Of a stretch of DNA of 64,000 nucleotides, positions 9,819-19,026 are shown one piece after another. Source of the DNA: Actinomycetota bacterium (GTDB lineage Bacteria; Actinomycetota; Acidimicrobiia; Spongiisociales; UBA4744); NCBI GenBank assembly GCA_013152275.1, contig JAADGS010000026.1, positions 62,001-126,000 of the forward strand. The letters are read 5' to 3'. A program made the translations under genes and the position numbers. The notes below the pieces were generated by a model. That model made no database searches and was not told where the DNA came from. It saw only the letters and a list, made by a program, of their open reading frames with translations. Each line of letters opens with the position of its first letter. Within the stretch, counting starts at the first letter, position 1.

Positions 9819-10594
9819 ACTTGGTCCACATACAGGCTCTGGAGGGAACGCCCAAGAGGGCCCTGCTCATCGTACAGGGACGACTGGGCCAGGCCGACAC
9901 CGTGCGGTTGGAGGATGGTGTTCGCATGCATCAACACCCACTCTCCGGCGGGCTCGCGATGCAGATAGACGGTCAGATCCGGGTTGATATAGAGGAATTG
10001 CCGCCAATGCACCATCGAGGAGATTCCATTCCCGCAGTCTGCGGCGGCGAGCACGCGTTGCAGCGGCGTGGGGGGCTGCTCATCCACGACATTGGGCATC
10101 AGGCGGATCCACGCCGTTGCCGAACCGATCTGCGTCATGGATCCTTCGACGAAACGAACATCGAGGGCATCGGTGACGAAACTCACCGAATCCCAGGAGA
10201 AACCGACACCGGACGTGCACTCGTCGGGCAGGCGCCACGGTACGACGGCTGGGACCGGCGGCAGATCGAGACCCTCATGGCGACGGATCCTGAGCGCGCG
10301 TGCCGCCGCCACCGGAGTGCCATCGACAGCCAGCGACGCGGTGACGATCTCGACACGTTTGCCGGATCGGACGACCGCCGCCGTTGCCTCGATCTCCGCG
10401 ATGGGTACCGGGCGCAGGAACTCTGCCGTGAAGCGTGACGTGAACATCGCCGGTGTGCCGACGCTCTCCATCGCGTGGGCCATGAGCGCCGCGGGTGGCC
10501 CTCCATGCTGGGCATCCGGGCTCCAGGGCCCAGTGGTCAGTTCGGTCGAGCGGAACGTGGTGGCGTCGATCCGCTCGTAGAGGGGTCTCACCAT
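9815..10594 (-). CDS. Thioesterase-family protein (double hot-dog, TesB-like)
   Basis: TGPWSPDAQHGGPPAAL, AAADCGNGIS, YINPDLTVYLHREPAGEW. Confidence 0.9.
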   Translation of the reverse strand: MVRPLYERIDATTFRSTELTTGPWSPDAQHGGPPAALMAHAMESVGTPAMFTSRFTAEFLRPVPIAEIEATAAVVRSGKRVEIVTASLAVDGTPVAAARALRIRRHEGLDLPPVPAVVPWRLPDECTSGVGFSWDSVSFVTDALDVRFVEGSMTQIGSATAWIRLMPNVVDEQPPTPLQRVLAAADCGNGISSMVHWRQFLYINPDLTVYLHREPAGEWVLMHANTILQPHGVGLAQSSLYDEQGPLGRSLQSLYVDQV

Positions 10595-11178
10595 CGCTCC
10601 CGGTGGAAGATCTCGTCCATCGGCCGTCGCCCTCGTCCGAGAGAGCCGGAGCGTCGGTCGGGAGCCGGGTGACCGATCGTCACGACACCGATCGGGAAGA
10701 CCGACTCGGGTATGCCGAGCAGATCGCGAAGACCCGGAACGGAATGCACTCCGAGGAATCCCGCAGCGAGCCCCTCATCGACGGCTGCGAGTAACAGCAG
10801 CATCATCGACGCTCCCGCATCAACCCACCAATACGGCACGGGCCACTCGATCTCCCTGCCACCGGGGACCGCCTTGTCCGGCTCCGCGTACCGGCGGCGG
10901 TATGCCTCCTCGGACACACAAACGACGACATGTACCGGTGCTCGGCCGATCCAGGGGTCGAAGCCCTTGTCGACATACCCGGATTCCCCGGCAAGGTTCG
11001 CGATCGTCTGCCGGGTCGTGCGGTCGGTGACCGCAATGAACGACTGCCCTTGCGTGAATCCGGCACTGGGCGCCCTTGCCGCACAAGAGACGATCCGGTC
11101 GATCGTTCGAGGGTCGACCGGATCGTTGGTGTAGTTGCGCACCATGCGGCGGTGCCGTACCACGTCGGAGAACTCCAA
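10588..11178 (-). CDS. Nitroreductase-family protein
   Basis: RRMVRNY, RAPSAGFTQG, WWVDAG...LLLAAVDEGL. Confidence 0.92.
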   Translation of the reverse strand: MEFSDVVRHRRMVRNYTNDPVDPRTIDRIVSCAARAPSAGFTQGQSFIAVTDRTTRQTIANLAGESGYVDKGFDPWIGRAPVHVVVCVSEEAYRRRYAEPDKAVPGGREIEWPVPYWWVDAGASMMLLLLAAVDEGLAAGFLGVHSVPGLRDLLGIPESVFPIGVVTIGHPAPDRRSGSLGRGRRPMDEIFHRERW

Positions 11179-11182
11179 CGCC

Positions 11183-12562
11183 CTACAGCTCCTTCACGGC
11201 GGCGATGATGTCGCTCATGGCTTTCTTCGCATCGGAGAAGAACATCAGCGTGTTGTCCTTGTAGAAGAGGGGGTTGTCGATGCCGGCGAAACCGGGAGAG
11301 AGGCTCCGTTTGATCACGATCGCGTGTTTCGCGAGGTCGACATTGAGAATCGGCATTCCGTAGATCGGACTGGAATCGTCATCACGAGCCGAAGGGTTCA
11401 CGACGTCGTTCGCACCGACGACGAGAGCAACGCTGGTTTGAGGGAAGTCGTCCTCGATCTCGTCGAGCGCGAACAGCTTCTCGTAGGGGACATCGGCTTC
11501 TGCGAGCAGCACATTCATGTGTCCCGGCATGCGCCCTGCAACAGGATGGATGGCATAGCGAACTTCGACGCCGCGCTCTTCGAGCAGATCGGCCAGCTCA
11601 CGCAGGTTGTGTTGTGCCTGAGCGACGGCCAAGCCGTATCCGGGCACAACGATGACCGAGTCGGCGTACCCCAGGGTGATCGCGACATCCTCGGCCGAGG
11701 CACTGTGCACGGGCTTCTCCTCGTCACCTGCCGGGCCGGCGCCCTCGTCGCCACCGAAGGCGGCGAAGAGAACGTGGCCGAGCGTACGGTTCATGGCCTT
11801 GACCATGATGTTGGTGAGGATCAGCCCGGAAGCTCCGACCAGCGCGCCAGAGATGATCAGAGCGTTCTCGCCGATCACGAACCCTGCCAGCGCCGCGGCA
11901 ATTCCAGAGAACGCGTTCAAGAAGGAGATGACGACCGGCATGTCCGCGCCGCCGATCGGAATCACACGAACGATGCCGAGCAGGAGTGACAACGCGAGCA
12001 GGATCCACATGACCAGCGAACTCCCGCCGACGATCAGCCACACGACAAGGGCGACGACGACGATCGCAAGGAGGGCATCGCCGACCTTCTGACCCGGATA
12101 TCCGAACGGCCGTCCCGGGACGAGGCCCTGGAGTTTCGCGTAGGCGACAAAGCTTCCCGAAAGGGTGACTCCACCGACCAGGATGGTCAGAGCAACGGTG
12201 ATCGCTGCGCGGAGATCGAATGTGGGACTTCCGGACTTCTCGATGAATTCGGCCGCTGCCACCAGGGCGGATGCTCCACCGCCAAAGCCGTTGAACGCGG
12301 CGACGAGCTGTGGCATCGCCGTCATCTCGACCGTCTTGGCGAGGACGAGTCCGATGCCGCCACCGACGACGAGGCCGGCGACGATCACCCACGGATTGAG
12401 GATCTGGTACCGAACCAGGGTGACGATGATCGCCAGGAGCATGCCGAGCGCACCGATCTGGTTGCCGCGCCGTGCCGTGGCCGGGCTCTGCAATCGTTTC
12501 ATACCGACGATGAACAACACCGCCGCGATGAGGTACAGATAGCCTGCGAGAACCTGGCTCAT
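11183..12562 (-). CDS. pntB: NAD(P) transhydrogenase subunit beta
   Basis: MTAMPQLVAAFNGFGG, IGGADMPVVIS, VPGYGLAVAQAQ, HPVAGRMPGHMNVLLAEA. Confidence 0.97.
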   Translation of the reverse strand: MSQVLAGYLYLIAAVLFIVGMKRLQSPATARRGNQIGALGMLLAIIVTLVRYQILNPWVIVAGLVVGGGIGLVLAKTVEMTAMPQLVAAFNGFGGGASALVAAAEFIEKSGSPTFDLRAAITVALTILVGGVTLSGSFVAYAKLQGLVPGRPFGYPGQKVGDALLAIVVVALVVWLIVGGSSLVMWILLALSLLLGIVRVIPIGGADMPVVISFLNAFSGIAAALAGFVIGENALIISGALVGASGLILTNIMVKAMNRTLGHVLFAAFGGDEGAGPAGDEEKPVHSASAEDVAITLGYADSVIVVPGYGLAVAQAQHNLRELADLLEERGVEVRYAIHPVAGRMPGHMNVLLAEADVPYEKLFALDEIEDDFPQTSVALVVGANDVVNPSARDDDSSPIYGMPILNVDLAKHAIVIKRSLSPGFAGIDNPLFYKDNTLMFFSDAKKAMSDIIAAVKEL

Positions 12563-12843
12563 GACCGGTCCTTGCTCTTGAACATCTCCAGCATCCGGTC
12601 CGTGACCATGAATCCGCCTACGACGTTGATCGTCGCGAACGAAACGGCCAGAAAGCCGAGAATGATGCCTGCCATACCGCCGTAGCGACCGGCGACGACC
12701 AGGGCACCGATGATCGTGATGCCCGAGATCGCGTTCGATCCGGACATCAGCGGCGTATGCAACGTTGGCGGCACTTTCGTGATGACTTCGAACCCCACGT
12801 ACGCCGCGAGAACGAAGACGGTAATGGAGATCAGCAGGTCCAT
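12559..12843 (-). CDS. pntA: NAD(P) transhydrogenase alpha, membrane part (alpha-2)
   Basis: VPPTLHTPLMSGSNAISG, NVVGGFMVTDRMLEMF. Confidence 0.95.
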   Translation of the reverse strand: MDLLISITVFVLAAYVGFEVITKVPPTLHTPLMSGSNAISGITIIGALVVAGRYGGMAGIILGFLAVSFATINVVGGFMVTDRMLEMFKSKDRS

Positions 12844-13982
12844 CAGTTCGTCCCTCCTTCCAGCAAGGATCGCACACGTTCATTGACGACCTTGCCACCA
12901 TGGGTGATGCAGGCGCCCGCGGTGATCTCTTCCTCGAGATCGATGCGCAGCCCTTCCTCGTGTACGAGATACGTGAGGAGGTTCAATGTGTTGCGTGCAA
13001 ACATCTGGCTCGTGTTTGTCGCAACGCCGCTCACGAGGTCGGTGGGGGCGAGGATCTTGACACCGTGGTGCACGACGACCTCGTCGGCCCTGCTGAGTTC
13101 ACAGTTGCCTCCGGTTGCGACGGCCAGGTCGACGATGACCGAACCAGGATGCATCGCCTCGACCATCTCACGGGTGATGAGCAGCGGGGCCCTCTTTCCG
13201 GGGATGGCCGCCGTCGAGATCACGACATCGTTGCGAGCAACATGCTCGCCGAGCTGCATGAGGAGGCGTTTCTGTGCGTCCTCTTCCAGCTCGCGGGCGT
13301 AGCCGCCGGCCACCGCATCTTCTTGCTGCGCGACCTCGAGTCGCACGAATCGGGCACCGAGGCTCTCCACCTGTTCTGCAGCGGCTGCACGAACGTCGTA
13401 TGCGGAGACCACGGCTCCAAGACGTCGGGCCGTGGCGATTGCCTGGAGTCCCGCGACGCCCGCGCCGAGGACGAGCACCTTGGCCGGCGCGATGGTCCCC
13501 GCCGCCGTGGTGAGCATCGGGAAGAACTTTGTGATCGTGGTGGCTGCTTCGAGCACCGCCTGGTATCCGGCTGCGGTTGCCTGGGAGGACAACACATCCA
13601 TCGATTGTGCCTTGGTCGTGCGCGGGACCGTTTCGAACGCCAAGGCGGTGACATTCGCAGCGGCGAGCTTCGCGACGGTCTCCGGCTCGTCGAGAGGCTG
13701 CAGCAGGCCGATGAGCACGGCCCCGGAGCCGAGCATGGCGATCTGCTCGTCGCTCGGCGGTCGCACCGTGATGACGACATCGCTGCCCCACGCGAGAGAC
13801 GCCTCCGGTACGACGGAAGCGCCCACAGCCTCATACTCTTTGTCCAGGAAACCGGCGGCATCGCCGGCTCCTCTCTCCACCATCACCTGAAACTTCTGTT
13901 TGACGAGCCTGGCTGCGACGTCCGGGGTGATGGCGACTCGTCGCTCTCTTGGAGCGGTCTGATTGGGCACACCTATCTTCAT
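12843..13982 (-). CDS. pntA: NAD(P) transhydrogenase alpha, soluble dI part (alpha-1)
   Basis: ERRVAITP, AQSMDVLSSQ, FPMLTTAAGT, GAGVAGLQAIATARRLGA. Confidence 0.96.
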   Translation of the reverse strand: MKIGVPNQTAPRERRVAITPDVAARLVKQKFQVMVERGAGDAAGFLDKEYEAVGASVVPEASLAWGSDVVITVRPPSDEQIAMLGSGAVLIGLLQPLDEPETVAKLAAANVTALAFETVPRTTKAQSMDVLSSQATAAGYQAVLEAATTITKFFPMLTTAAGTIAPAKVLVLGAGVAGLQAIATARRLGAVVSAYDVRAAAAEQVESLGARFVRLEVAQQEDAVAGGYARELEEDAQKRLLMQLGEHVARNDVVISTAAIPGKRAPLLITREMVEAMHPGSVIVDLAVATGGNCELSRADEVVVHHGVKILAPTDLVSGVATNTSQMFARNTLNLLTYLVHEEGLRIDLEEEITAGACITHGGKVVNERVRSLLEGGTN

Positions 13983-14204
13983 TATCGTCCACCTCGAGGA
14001 TGCACTTCTCGAAGCTGCAATCTATTGGAACCGGTGCCGATTCCCAAGTTGGGTCCGAGGCACCCCCAGGGGGTACTCATCGGCCTGACGTTGGAGCCCG
14101 TCGAACGCTGCATGACACGTCTGGACGGCGCCGAGGATCTCGGCCGGGAGGCCGGCTTCGAGCAGCGGGTCACCGACGGGCCGTCGTCGACAAGAATCGC
14201 GATG

Positions 14205-14289
14205 CCCGCCCCACGGTCCTGGGGCCGGAACGGTCGCGATATGAAGGTACGAAATGCCAAGCGCCGGGTGTGAGGCATCCGGTACCCGC
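14205..14289 (+). repeat. Dispersed head+heptamer element, copy B
   Basis: CCCGCCCCACGGTCCTG...CGGTCGCGA then TATGAAG(G) TACGAAA TGCCAAG CGCCGGG TGTGAGG CATCCGG TACCCGC. Confidence 0.75.
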
Positions 14290-14317
14290 ATCACGCCGGC
14301 TCGGGTAACTTGGAGCA

Positions 14318-15703
14318 ATGGATACCAAGTACTACCGGGACCTCGTTCGGCCGCTTGTCGAAGGGCGCAAGTTCATCCTCGCCGGAGAACCTCTGGCCGG
14401 CTATCCGAGACTCGTGAAGCAGCTTCGTTCTCTCGGCGCCGACCGGCTCTTTCTCATTGCTTCCGGTCGAGGAACCGGCGATCTCCCATCGGAGGAGGAC
14501 GCCGAGTGGGTGATGCTCGACGTGTCCGCCAGCGACATCATGGAGGAGATTCGGGTGACGGCGGCCGCACTGAGACGTCCGCCGCCGAGGGTCGAGGCCG
14601 CGTTGGATGCCTGGGATCCGGAAGGATCGGCGAACGTGCTCGGTCATCCGTTCTATGCGGACGCCCACATCGCCGGTCGACGGGTGTGGGGTAGGCGCCG
14701 TCCAGAGTGGGAGGCACTCGAGGACAAAGTGTGCGCCGACGCCGTGTGGGACGCGGCGGGGATCCCCAGGGCGCCGTCAGAGGTCGTTGCCGCCGTCCGC
14801 GATGACCTCCTCTCCGGACACCGCCGACTGGACCGGGGCCTTGGCACCGCCTGGGCGGGTGACACGATGGAGGGTTTCAACGGGGGAGCGGTCTATGTGC
14901 GTCGGGTTCGAAACGATGCGGACGCCCGTGAGGCCTGTGGGTTCTTCGCCAAGCACTGTGATCGCGTTCGGGTGATGCCGTTCCTCGAAGGCATTCCGTG
15001 CTCGATCCACGGCATGGTGTTTCCCGATGAAACGATCTCGTTCCGGCCGTGCGAGATGATCACATTGCGCCCCGAATCGGGTGGCAAGCTCCACTATGGA
15101 GGCGCAGCGACGTTCTGGGATCCGTCCGCCGCCGATCGGACGGAGATGCGGGCGGCGGCCGAGGCCGTGGGCAGTGTCCTACGTGAGTCGGTCGACTATC
15201 GAGGCGCGTTCACGATCGATGGTGTTATGACGGAGGACGGCTTTCGTCCGACAGAGTTGAACACACGCTTCGGTGCATCGATCCGTGGGTTGCTGGCCGG
15301 TGTTCCGGACCTTCCGTTCAGAGTCATCCAGGCCGCCCTGATCGAAGGTGAACCGCTCGAATACCGTTCACGTGAGTTGGAGCGACTCATCGTCGATTCG
15401 GCGGACGAGCATCGCGGCGGCGGTGCCCTGGCAACAGTCGACCGACGGCAGGCGGAGACGGACACGAGGCATCTGGTTGCCGACGGCGCAGGTTATCGGG
15501 AGGCGCGAGGCGGTGAAGAAGCGGACGCGACGTTGCAGTTCGGCCCCGGTGGCCTCGGAGGGCTCGTGTTCTTCCGTCCCGATCCGGAGCGAACGCCGGT
15601 CGGCCCGTCACTGGCGCCGCTCGCCGCGGCCGCACTGGGCCTGGCCGATGAGATGTGGAATCTTGGTATCGGATCTCTCGCGCCGGCTCGTTCGGTGCGG
15701 TGA
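14318..15703 (+). CDS. Uncharacterised ATP-grasp-fold protein
   Basis: EDK...AAGIP, VMPFLEG, YRGAFTIDGVMTEDGFRPTELNTRFG (D...ExNxR ATP-grasp signature). Confidence 0.7.
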   Translation: MDTKYYRDLVRPLVEGRKFILAGEPLAGYPRLVKQLRSLGADRLFLIASGRGTGDLPSEEDAEWVMLDVSASDIMEEIRVTAAALRRPPPRVEAALDAWDPEGSANVLGHPFYADAHIAGRRVWGRRRPEWEALEDKVCADAVWDAAGIPRAPSEVVAAVRDDLLSGHRRLDRGLGTAWAGDTMEGFNGGAVYVRRVRNDADAREACGFFAKHCDRVRVMPFLEGIPCSIHGMVFPDETISFRPCEMITLRPESGGKLHYGGAATFWDPSAADRTEMRAAAEAVGSVLRESVDYRGAFTIDGVMTEDGFRPTELNTRFGASIRGLLAGVPDLPFRVIQAALIEGEPLEYRSRELERLIVDSADEHRGGGALATVDRRQAETDTRHLVADGAGYREARGGEEADATLQFGPGGLGGLVFFRPDPERTPVGPSLAPLAAAALGLADEMWNLGIGSLAPARSVR

Positions 15704-15776
15704 TCCCGTCCCGGGGAGCTTCTTCGTTTGGCGGCAGTGGACGGCAACTGGCAAAATGCGCCAAACTGAGGTGAAG

Positions 15777-16655
15777 ATGCTGAGTCTCGTCGACCTGCAC
15801 AAACGCTATGGGAAGGTGGTCGCTCTCGATGGAGTGAGTTTCGACGTCGTCCCGGGGAGGATCGTCGGTTTTCTCGGGCCAAACGGCGCCGGCAAGACGA
15901 CCGCCATGCGATGCATCTTTGGCCTGGTTCGCCCTGACGCCGGGGAGGTCCGATGGAACGGGGCACCGGTCGGAGACCGCGACTATCTGCGCTTCGGGTA
16001 TATGCCGGAAGAGCGCGGGCTGTATCCGAAGATGAAGATCCGAGAGCAACTCGTCTACTTTGCTCGACTGTCCGGAGTGAGCGCCTCGCACGCGGCGATC
16101 TCGGCCGATCGGTGGCTCGACCGTCTCGGGCTTGCCGACCGTGCCCAGTCGAAACTCGAAGAGCTTTCTCACGGGAATCAACAACGGGTGCAACTGGCCG
16201 TTTCGCTTGTGCACGACCCGATGGTCGCAGTCCTGGATGAGCCGTTCTCGGGTCTCGATCCGATCGGGGTCGAAGCCATGGCGCGCACGCTGCGCGATCT
16301 CGCAGAGGCGGGCGCAGGAATCGTGTTCTCGAGTCATCAACTCGATCTCGTTCAGGACGTATGTCAGGACGTCGTGATCATCAACGAGGGCAGAGTGGTC
16401 CTGTCCGGCGAACTCGCCGAACTGCGTGACGGTTCCGAGCAGCGCCATCTGGCGGTCACCGTCGAGGGCAAGCCCTGGGCTCCCGATCTTCCCGGTGTCG
16501 AATCGGTCGGTTCGAACGGCGACCGATACCTCATTCGGGCGGAGACCGACATCGGTGCGCTCTTGGAGCAGGCGCGGCGAGATGGAGAGGTTACGAGTTT
16601 CACCTTCGAGCCACCGAGCTTGTCTGACCTGTTCAGAGGGGCCGTGCGGCAATGA
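15777..16655 (+). CDS. ABC-2 exporter ATP-binding subunit
   Basis: GPNGAGKTT, LSHGNQQRV, VLDEPFSGLDP, SSH; an alternative start lies at 15756. Confidence 0.93.
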   Translation: MLSLVDLHKRYGKVVALDGVSFDVVPGRIVGFLGPNGAGKTTAMRCIFGLVRPDAGEVRWNGAPVGDRDYLRFGYMPEERGLYPKMKIREQLVYFARLSGVSASHAAISADRWLDRLGLADRAQSKLEELSHGNQQRVQLAVSLVHDPMVAVLDEPFSGLDPIGVEAMARTLRDLAEAGAGIVFSSHQLDLVQDVCQDVVIINEGRVVLSGELAELRDGSEQRHLAVTVEGKPWAPDLPGVESVGSNGDRYLIRAETDIGALLEQARRDGEVTSFTFEPPSLSDLFRGAVRQ

Positions 16656-17842
16656 GTGCGCTGCGGCAAGTGCTGCTGGTTGCATGGCGAGACTTCTTTC
16701 AGCGCGTCCGCAGCAAGGCTTTCCTGGTGTCCATGCTCATCATCGTTGCGCTGGTGGCAGGCGTCGGACCGCTCATGACGCTCGAGGGCAAGACACCACA
16801 GCCGTACACGATCGGTGTGGTTGGTGCGGTTCCCAACGATCTGGAGCTGGCGCTCGATACGGCTGCCTCGGCGTTTGATCGGAAGGCGAAGATCGTGACT
16901 TTCGACAGCGTGGATGCCGGTGATGTCGCTCTGACCGACGGTCACGCCGATGTCGTGCTGGTGAACGGCACCGAGCTCGTGTGGAAAGAGGCGCCGAGGC
17001 CGCAACTGGAAGCCATCGTCACTTCCGCGGTCCAGGGTTTGGAGCGGCAGCGGACGGTTGCCGAACTCGGTCTCAGTGACGAGGAAGCCGCACGACTCCT
17101 CCATCCCACTCCGCTGCAGACACGCTCTTTGACCGAACCCGATCCGAGTGCGGGACCGCGAAGGATCGCCGGCTACGTCGGGTCGATCCTGCTGTACATC
17201 TCGATCCTCATGTTCGGACAATTCGTGATGCTCGGCGTGATGGAAGAGAAGCAGTCGAGGGTCGTCGAGGTCGTGTTGTCACGGACACGCCCAAGCCGGC
17301 TGCTGGCAGGCAAGGTGCTGGGGATCGGCACACTGGGTTTCCTGCAGCTGGTCGTGCTGGGCGGCGCCGCGCTGCTCACGCTGAGTGCGACGCACGCCGT
17401 CAACGTCGATCTGGGCGGGATCGGGTTGCGAATCGCCGGCGCCGTGCTGTTCTGGTACTTGCTCGGCTACACGTTGTTCGCCGTTGTCTACGCCGCCCTC
17501 GGGGCGACGATCTCACGTCAGGAAGACGCACAGGGAGTCGGCATGATTCCGATGCTCGGCATTCTGCCCGGATTCATCCTCTCGATTGTCGCCCTCGACG
17601 ATCCGAACGGAATGCTGCCTCACCTCGGTTCGATCATTCCGCCGTTTTCTCCGTTCGTGATGCCGATCCGCATGACCGTCACGTCGGTTCCTCTCTGGGA
17701 GGTCGCGTTGTCGATAGCGCTCATCCTCGCGGCGACCTATTGGGTGCTGCGCCTGGGTGCGCGTGTCTACGAGGGATCGATCCTGCGGATCGGGGCGAAG
17801 ACGCGACTGCGCGATGCGCTGAAGGCCGATTCCGAAGCCTAG
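16652..17842 (+). CDS. ABC-2 exporter permease (NatB/YhaP-like)
   Basis: VMEEKQSRVVEVVLS...LLAGKVLG; N-terminal TM, extracellular loop, several C-terminal TMs. Confidence 0.92.
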   Translation: MSALRQVLLVAWRDFFQRVRSKAFLVSMLIIVALVAGVGPLMTLEGKTPQPYTIGVVGAVPNDLELALDTAASAFDRKAKIVTFDSVDAGDVALTDGHADVVLVNGTELVWKEAPRPQLEAIVTSAVQGLERQRTVAELGLSDEEAARLLHPTPLQTRSLTEPDPSAGPRRIAGYVGSILLYISILMFGQFVMLGVMEEKQSRVVEVVLSRTRPSRLLAGKVLGIGTLGFLQLVVLGGAALLTLSATHAVNVDLGGIGLRIAGAVLFWYLLGYTLFAVVYAALGATISRQEDAQGVGMIPMLGILPGFILSIVALDDPNGMLPHLGSIIPPFSPFVMPIRMTVTSVPLWEVALSIALILAATYWVLRLGARVYEGSILRIGAKTRLRDALKADSEA

Positions 17843-17848
17843 AACCTC

Positions 17849-17899
17849 TGAACCCAGGGCTCGTAGGGGTCGCCACGACCCCTACGAGCCCTGGGTTCA
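17849..17899. repeat. Perfect 24-bp inverted repeat (hairpin; REP-like or terminator)
   Basis: TGAACCCAGGGCTCGTAGGGGTCG-CCA-CGACCCCTACGAGCCCTGGGTTCA. Confidence 0.9.
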
Positions 17900-17935
17900 A
17901 CGAGGTCTACTGTTGGGACGACAAAGGAGGCGCCT

Positions 17936-18829
17936 GTGAGCGAGAAGGTCGGGTTCATCGGAATGGGAATCATGGGCGCGGGGATGGCCCGCAACCTCAT
18001 CGAGAAGGGCTTCGACGTCACCGTCTGGAACCGGACGTCGAGTCGGATGGAACCACTGATAGACGCGGGAGCATCTTCCGCGGAATCTCCAGCGGACGTT
18101 GCCCGACGATGTGAAACCGTCGTGATCTGCGTCTCCGACACGCCCGACGTGCAGGAGGTCGTCCTCGGCGAACGGGGCGTGCTCGAGGGGGTTCGGCCGG
18201 GATCTCTGGTGATCGACCACTCGACGATCAGCCCCTCCGCAACCGTGGAACTCGCCAAGGCGGTCGAGGAACGGCAGGCGCATTGGCTCGATGCACCGAT
18301 CAGCGGAGGAAGCGAGGGGGCGGCGCGTGGGACCCTCGCGATCATGATCGGGGGCGACGATGCCCAGGTGGAGCGCGCTCGTCACCTCATGGAAGCGTAT
18401 GCAACGACGATCACGCATGTGGGTGGTCAGGGTGCAGGCCAGATGGTCAAACTCGTCAACCAGATTCTCGTCGTGATCAACGGGTTGGCCGTCGGGGAGG
18501 CGCTGCTGTTCGCACAGGCCGCGGGTCTGGACCTGACCAGGACGCTGAAGGCGGTCGAGGGAGGCAGCGCCGGCTCGTGGATGCTGTCGAACCGGGGCCC
18601 ACAAATGATCGACCGGGACTGGCGTCCCGGTTTCACGATCGATCTGCAACAGAAGGATCTGCGTCTGGTTCTGGAAACTGCCGACGAGATCGGTGTCCCG
18701 GCGCCCACGACCGCACTCGTGTTCCAGATGTATCGGGCGTTGCAGCATCGGGGTCTCGGCGCCGAAGGGAATCACGCACTCGTCAAGGCACTCGAGCAGA
18801 TGGCCGGGATCGCCGTCGGAGACGTCTGA
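17936..18829 (+). CDS. NAD(P)-dependent beta-hydroxyacid dehydrogenase (tartronate semialdehyde reductase / 3-hydroxyisobutyrate DH family)
   Basis: GFIGMGIMGAGMARNL, LDAPISGGSEGA, KLVNQ, KDL. Confidence 0.93.
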   Translation: MSEKVGFIGMGIMGAGMARNLIEKGFDVTVWNRTSSRMEPLIDAGASSAESPADVARRCETVVICVSDTPDVQEVVLGERGVLEGVRPGSLVIDHSTISPSATVELAKAVEERQAHWLDAPISGGSEGAARGTLAIMIGGDDAQVERARHLMEAYATTITHVGGQGAGQMVKLVNQILVVINGLAVGEALLFAQAAGLDLTRTLKAVEGGSAGSWMLSNRGPQMIDRDWRPGFTIDLQQKDLRLVLETADEIGVPAPTTALVFQMYRALQHRGLGAEGNHALVKALEQMAGIAVGDV

Positions 18830-18835
18830 GCCCGT

Positions 18836-18880
18836 TCTCGTCGATGCCGGCCACAACAGGTGCTGCCGGCATTGACGAGA
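18836..18880 (+). terminator. Stem-loop after the dehydrogenase gene
   Basis: TCTCGTCGATGCCGGC ... GCCGGCATTGACGAGA, 16-bp stem with one G.U pair; no U-tract. Confidence 0.55.
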
Positions 18881-19026
18881 CGTCTCCGGGCGAGCTCCGG
18901 GCAGCCTCGTCACCGGTCCGGGCTCCGACCACCGAGACTCATGAGCGGTCGGTGGGCGCAATCCGCCAGGGTCGGCTCAGCGCAGGGCGTTCGGTAGCAT
19001 CGGAAACGTTCGAGTGAGGAGACCGC

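Noticed and set aside
14112..14273. Short ORF (MTRLDGAEDLG...) as a RiPP precursor for the ATP-grasp protein
   Set aside because: No clear RBS, it runs through repeat copy B, and it has no graspetide-like core motif.
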